From an uncultured Solirubrobacterales bacterium (GTDB lineage Bacteria > Actinomycetota > Thermoleophilia > Solirubrobacterales > 70-9), in assembly GCA_963758665.1 (NCBI GenBank), contig CAVWWH010000012.1, positions 14,040-78,039 on the forward strand: a stretch of 64,000 nt of DNA. Reading direction: 5' to 3'. The translations under genes were made by a program, and so were the position numbers. Of this stretch, positions 60,552 through 64,000 are shown piece after piece (positions within the stretch are counted from its first letter, which is position 1; each line of letters begins with the position of its first letter). A model generated the notes under the pieces. That model saw only the letters and a list, made by a program, of their open reading frames with translations, made no database searches and had not been told where the DNA came from.

Positions 60552-61331
60552 CTAGGCGGTCGCGGGCTCGGCGGCCGGCTCGGCGGCTGCGTCGCCTCCG
60601 TCGCCGGCAGGCGCCCCGGCGAGGATCTCCGACTCGCGCGTGCGCGAGGGGTCGACGCGGACGCCGGGGCCCATCGTCGCCGCCAGGGTGATCGAGAGCA
60701 GGTAGCGGCCCTTGGCCGCGGCGGGCTTCGCGCGCACGATCTCGTCGACGATCGCGGCGTAGTTCTCCAGCAGGGCGCGCTCGTCGAAGCTCGTCTTGCC
60801 GATCGTCAGGTGGACGATCGCCTGGCGGTCGGTGCGGTACTCGACCTTGCCGGCCTTCGCCTCGGTGACCGCCTTGGCGACGTCGTCGGTGACGGTGCCC
60901 ACCTTCGGGTTCGGCATCTTTCCCTGCGGGCCGAGCACGCGGCCGAGCTTCGAGACCACCGGGCCCATCAGCGCCGGGGTGGCGATCGCGACGTCGAAGT
61001 CGGTCCAGCCCTCCTCGACCCGCCCGGCGAGGTCCTGGGCGCCGACGAAGTCCGCCCCCGCCTCGGTCGCCGCCCGCGCGGCGTCGCCCTCGGCGAACAC
61101 GGCGACCGTGACCTGCTTGCCGAGCCCGTGGGGGAGCGCGAGCGTCCCGCGCAGCTGCTCCTCGGCGTGGCGGACGTTGACGCCGAGGCGCATGTGCACC
61201 TCGACCGTCTGGTCGAACTTCGCCTGCGCCGTCTGCTTGATCAGCGCCACGGCCTCGGCCGGCGGGTAGGCGTGGGTGCGGTCGACCGCCCCGATCGCCT
61301 CGCGGTAACGCTTGCCGCGGTTGCGCGCCAT
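60552..61331 (-). CDS. rplA: 50S ribosomal protein L1
   Basis: Contains RGKRYREA and [21 protein letters not shown], with a short acidic tail. Confidence 0.95.
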   Translation of the reverse strand: MARNRGKRYREAIGAVDRTHAYPPAEAVALIKQTAQAKFDQTVEVHMRLGVNVRHAEEQLRGTLALPHGLGKQVTVAVFAEGDAARAATEAGADFVGAQDLAGRVEEGWTDFDVAIATPALMGPVVSKLGRVLGPQGKMPNPKVGTVTDDVAKAVTEAKAGKVEYRTDRQAIVHLTIGKTSFDERALLENYAAIVDEIVRAKPAAAKGRYLLSITLAATMGPGVRVDPSRTRESEILAGAPAGDGGDAAAEPAAEPATA

Positions 61332-61377
61332 CAGCGGCGCCCCCGAACGGATGCCGGATCGCGGGAGCCACCGCCAT

Positions 61378-61812
61378 CTAGGCGTCCACGCCCTCGACCG
61401 TGACGCCCATCGAGCGGGCGGTGCCGGCGATGATCTTGGATGCGGCGTCGAGGTCGTTGGCGTTCAGGTCGGGCATCTTGCGCTCGGCGATCGCGCGGCA
61501 CTGAGCCGCGGTCAGCATCCCGACCTTCTCGCGGTTCGGCTCGCCGGAGCCCTTGTCGATCCCGAGCGCCTCGCGGATCAGCACCGCGGCGGGCGGGGTC
61601 TTGGTGATGAACTCGAACGACCGGTCCTCGTAGACCGTGATCTCGACCGGGATGATCGTCCCGGCGTCCGCCTGCGTCCGGGCGTTGAAGGCCTTGCAGA
61701 ACTCCATGATGTTGACCCCGTGCTGGCCGAGCGCCGGGCCGACCGGCGGCGCCGGGTTGGCCGCCCCGGCGGGGATCTGGAGCTTGATCAGTGTCAGTAC
61801 CTTCTTCGCCAT
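61378..61812 (-). CDS. rplK: 50S ribosomal protein L11
   Basis: Starts [44 protein letters not shown]. Confidence 0.95.
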   Translation of the reverse strand: MAKKVLTLIKLQIPAGAANPAPPVGPALGQHGVNIMEFCKAFNARTQADAGTIIPVEITVYEDRSFEFITKTPPAAVLIREALGIDKGSGEPNREKVGMLTAAQCRAIAERKMPDLNANDLDAASKIIAGTARSMGVTVEGVDA

Positions 61813-62978
61813 CGCGCGGCGGACGAGGATACAGGGCTGGTCATCGGCCGCCGCGGCGCTCGCGCTCGCCCTCGGGCTCGCCGGCTCTGCCCCGGCCGCC
61901 TACCCCGGCGCGAACGGCCCGATCTACTTCTCGGCTGCCGACGACGTGTGGTCGGTGGCCGCCGACGGCTCCGGCCTGACCAACCTCACCGACCTCCCGG
62001 GTGGGCCCGGCTCCGGCGCCGATCCCTTCGGCGTCCGCGAACGGGGTCGTCGCCTTCGTCGTCGGGAGCGGCACCGCGGCGGAGATCTGGACGATGGCCG
62101 CCGACGGCTCCGGCGCCCGGGCCGTGACCTCCAACGCGGCTCGCGACGCGATGCCGGCGATCTCGAGCGACGGCACCCGGATCGCATTCGTCACCGACCG
62201 CAACGGCGGCGGTGGCGGCGACGACCTGTGGACCATGGCCGCCGACGGCTCCGGCGCGGCGCCGCTGTTCGGCGCCCCCGGCGACGAGCAGCACCCGCAG
62301 TACTCCCCGGACCAGCGCTACGTCGTCCTCGCGACCCGCGTCGGCGCCGACCTCGACCTCGCCTACGTTCCGGCGACCGGCGGCCCGCATGGGTCGGCGA
62401 CGTCGATCACCCACCACGCGCTCGACGAGACCGCGCCCGCCCTCCAGCCCGACCTGGTGCGGCTCGCCTACACCCGCGCGGGCGACATCTTCAGCGCCTA
62501 CTACGACGGCACCGACGAGTTCCCCCTCGCGGTCGACCCCTCTCGGGCCGAGGGCTCGCCGGCCTTCTCGCCCGACGGGACCGAGGTCGCCTACGCGACC
62601 GACGCCGGCCTCGTGGTCGCTGCCGCCGGCGGCCTCGGCCCGCAGCCCGTGCCGACCCCCGGCGCCCCCGCTCCCGCCGACCTCGACTGGGCGGTGGGTT
62701 CGGCGCCCGACCGCACCCCTCCCCAGACCACGATCACGAACGCTCCGCGGAAGCGCGACGATCGGACGCGGGCGCGGTTTCGGTTCCGATCCAGCGAGCC
62801 CGGGTCGAGCTTTCGCTGCAGGCTCGACCGGCGCGCACCCGAGGACTGCCGCTCACCGAAGACGTACATGCGGCTGGCGGCGCAGCGCCACCGCTTCCGT
62901 GTGCTCGCGATCGACCCCGCCGGCAACGCGGATCCGTCGCCGGCGACGGACCGGTTTCGGATCGTCGCCGCGCGCTAG
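61784..62978 (+). CDS. secreted TolB-like beta-propeller (PD40 repeat) protein; frame changes at CCC 62024-62026, start unresolved
   Basis: A signal-peptide-like [17 protein letters not shown] and the first DGSG repeat are in one frame, and the remaining repeats (ORF 62001..62978, [28 protein letters not shown]) are in the next. No ATG or GTG start lies after rplK. Confidence 0.5.
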
Positions 62979-63011
62979 GTCCGGGTGCGCGGGGGTGTGG
63001 GGATCACCCGT

Positions 63012-63398
63012 CTAGCCGATCGCCTCGACCGCCGCCGCGGTGTCGCCGTAGAACTGGGCCCGGGTGACCTCGCCGCCCTCGACCTTGTAGAGCCAGATCG
63101 AGTCGCCGCTGAGCTGGTTGCCGCTCTTTGTCGTCCCGACGCCCGCCACCGTGACCACGACGTGGCCGCCGTCGGCCTCGAGGAACTGCTCAGGTCTCGG
63201 GTCGACGTTCTCGAAGTTGGACAGGAACTTCTGGATCATCTCCTTGAATCCGTCCGGGCCCGTGTAGGTGCCGCCCCACGGCAGAGCCTCCGGCATCACG
63301 ATCTCGGCCGAGTCGCTCGTCGTCGCCACAGCGCCGTCGAGGTCACCCCTGCCAAACGCCTCCCACGCCCGTCGGACCAGGTCCGCGTTCTCTCCCAT
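63012..63398 (-). CDS. SnoaL/NTF2-like fold protein (putative)
   Basis: The ATG at 63398 begins MGENADLVRRAWEAFGRGDLDG, a typical SnoaL-like N-terminus. 128 aa. Confidence 0.5.
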   Translation of the reverse strand: MGENADLVRRAWEAFGRGDLDGAVATTSDSAEIVMPEALPWGGTYTGPDGFKEMIQKFLSNFENVDPRPEQFLEADGGHVVVTVAGVGTTKSGNQLSGDSIWLYKVEGGEVTRAQFYGDTAAAVEAIG

Positions 63399-63488
63399 GG
63401 CCGTCCTCCTCGCGCTCGCATGTCGTCGGCCAGGTGCGGCCGGCACGCCGACCCTATCCCACCGCCGGCGACTGGCCAAACGCGCGCG

Positions 63489-64000
63489 TCAGACCTTCTT
63501 CACCTGGTCGTAGCCGACCTCGACCGGCGTCTCGCGGCCAAAGATCGAGACGAGGACCTTGAGCTTCGCGGCGTCCTCGTTGATCTCTGCGATCTCGCCG
63601 GAGAAGTCCGAGAGGGGCCCGGAGATCACCTTCACCGACTCGCCGATCTCGAACTGCGCGTGGGCTCGCGGGCGCTCAGCGGTCTCGCGGTGGAGGAGGC
63701 GGTCGACCTCGGGCTGCGAGAGCGGGATCGGCTTGTTGCGCGAGCCGACGAACCCGGTCACGCCCGGGGTGTTCTTGACCAGGTTCCAGGCGTCGTCGGT
63801 CATCTCCATGTTGACGAGCACGTACCCCGGCATCGTTCGCTTCTCGACCTGGACCCGCTGGCCGTCCTTGAGCTCGGCGACCTGCTCTGTGGGGACGACC
63901 ACCTGGCGGACGCGGCCACGGGCGGCCATCGTCTCGACGCGGTGCTCGAGGTTGGCCTTGACCTTGTTCTCGTGCCCGGAGTAGGTGTTGATGACATACC
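63489..64000 (-). CDS. nusG: transcription termination/antitermination factor NusG (5' end outside window)
   Basis: The frame is open to the window edge and reads WYVINTYSGHENKVKANLE ... PGYVLVNM ... FEIGESVKVISGPLSDFSGEI (KOW motif). Confidence 0.9.
   Translation of the reverse strand, partial: YVINTYSGHENKVKANLEHRVETMAARGRVRQVVVPTEQVAELKDGQRVQVEKRTMPGYVLVNMEMTDDAWNLVKNTPGVTGFVGSRNKPIPLSQPEVDRLLHRETAERPRAHAQFEIGESVKVISGPLSDFSGEIAEINEDAAKLKVLVSIFGRETPVEVGYDQVKKV

Overview
Very GC-rich chromosome segment (about 70 percent by eye, not computed), of the actinobacterial type; gene content and style suggest a deep-branching Actinomycetota lineage, but I cannot place it. About 60 percent of the window is the translation and transcription core, all on the minus strand. 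In transcription order it reads: nusG (partial), rplK-rplA, rplJ-rplL, rpoB-rpoC, rpsL-rpsG, fusA-tuf, the S10 operon (rpsJ to rpsQ), the spc operon (rplN to rplO, then secY-adk-map), the alpha operon (rpmJ-rpsM-rpsK-rpsD-rpoA-rplQ) and truA. The left third (1-24300) is ordinary or accessory: tRNA-Pro, DedA, a DsbA-like protein, an acyl-CoA synthetase, a sulfatase, a patatin-like lipase, PBP4, ligA, surE, a cell-envelope glycan cluster (two GT2, an alkaline-phosphatase-superfamily protein, a Gfo/Idh/MocA oxidoreductase, a Glf-like flavoprotein and a polytopic membrane protein) and an Fe(III)-type ABC importer. I found no rRNA, CRISPR array, transposase or integrase. Main points for a second look: (1) seven reading-frame breaks, each at or beside a short G/C-rich stretch, hit rpoB, fusA, rplO and four other genes, and most likely reflect assembly errors; (2) tandem heptamer tracts fill several operon spacers, and one links the rplO C-terminal frame in frame to secY; (3) several ribosomal proteins carry long low-complexity extensions; (4) the str operon and the nusG-rplK junction are interrupted by opposite-strand genes of unknown function; (5) there are several candidate RNA leaders, attenuators and operators. 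All motif matches and counts were made by hand from the sequence and ORF track; no database search was run.
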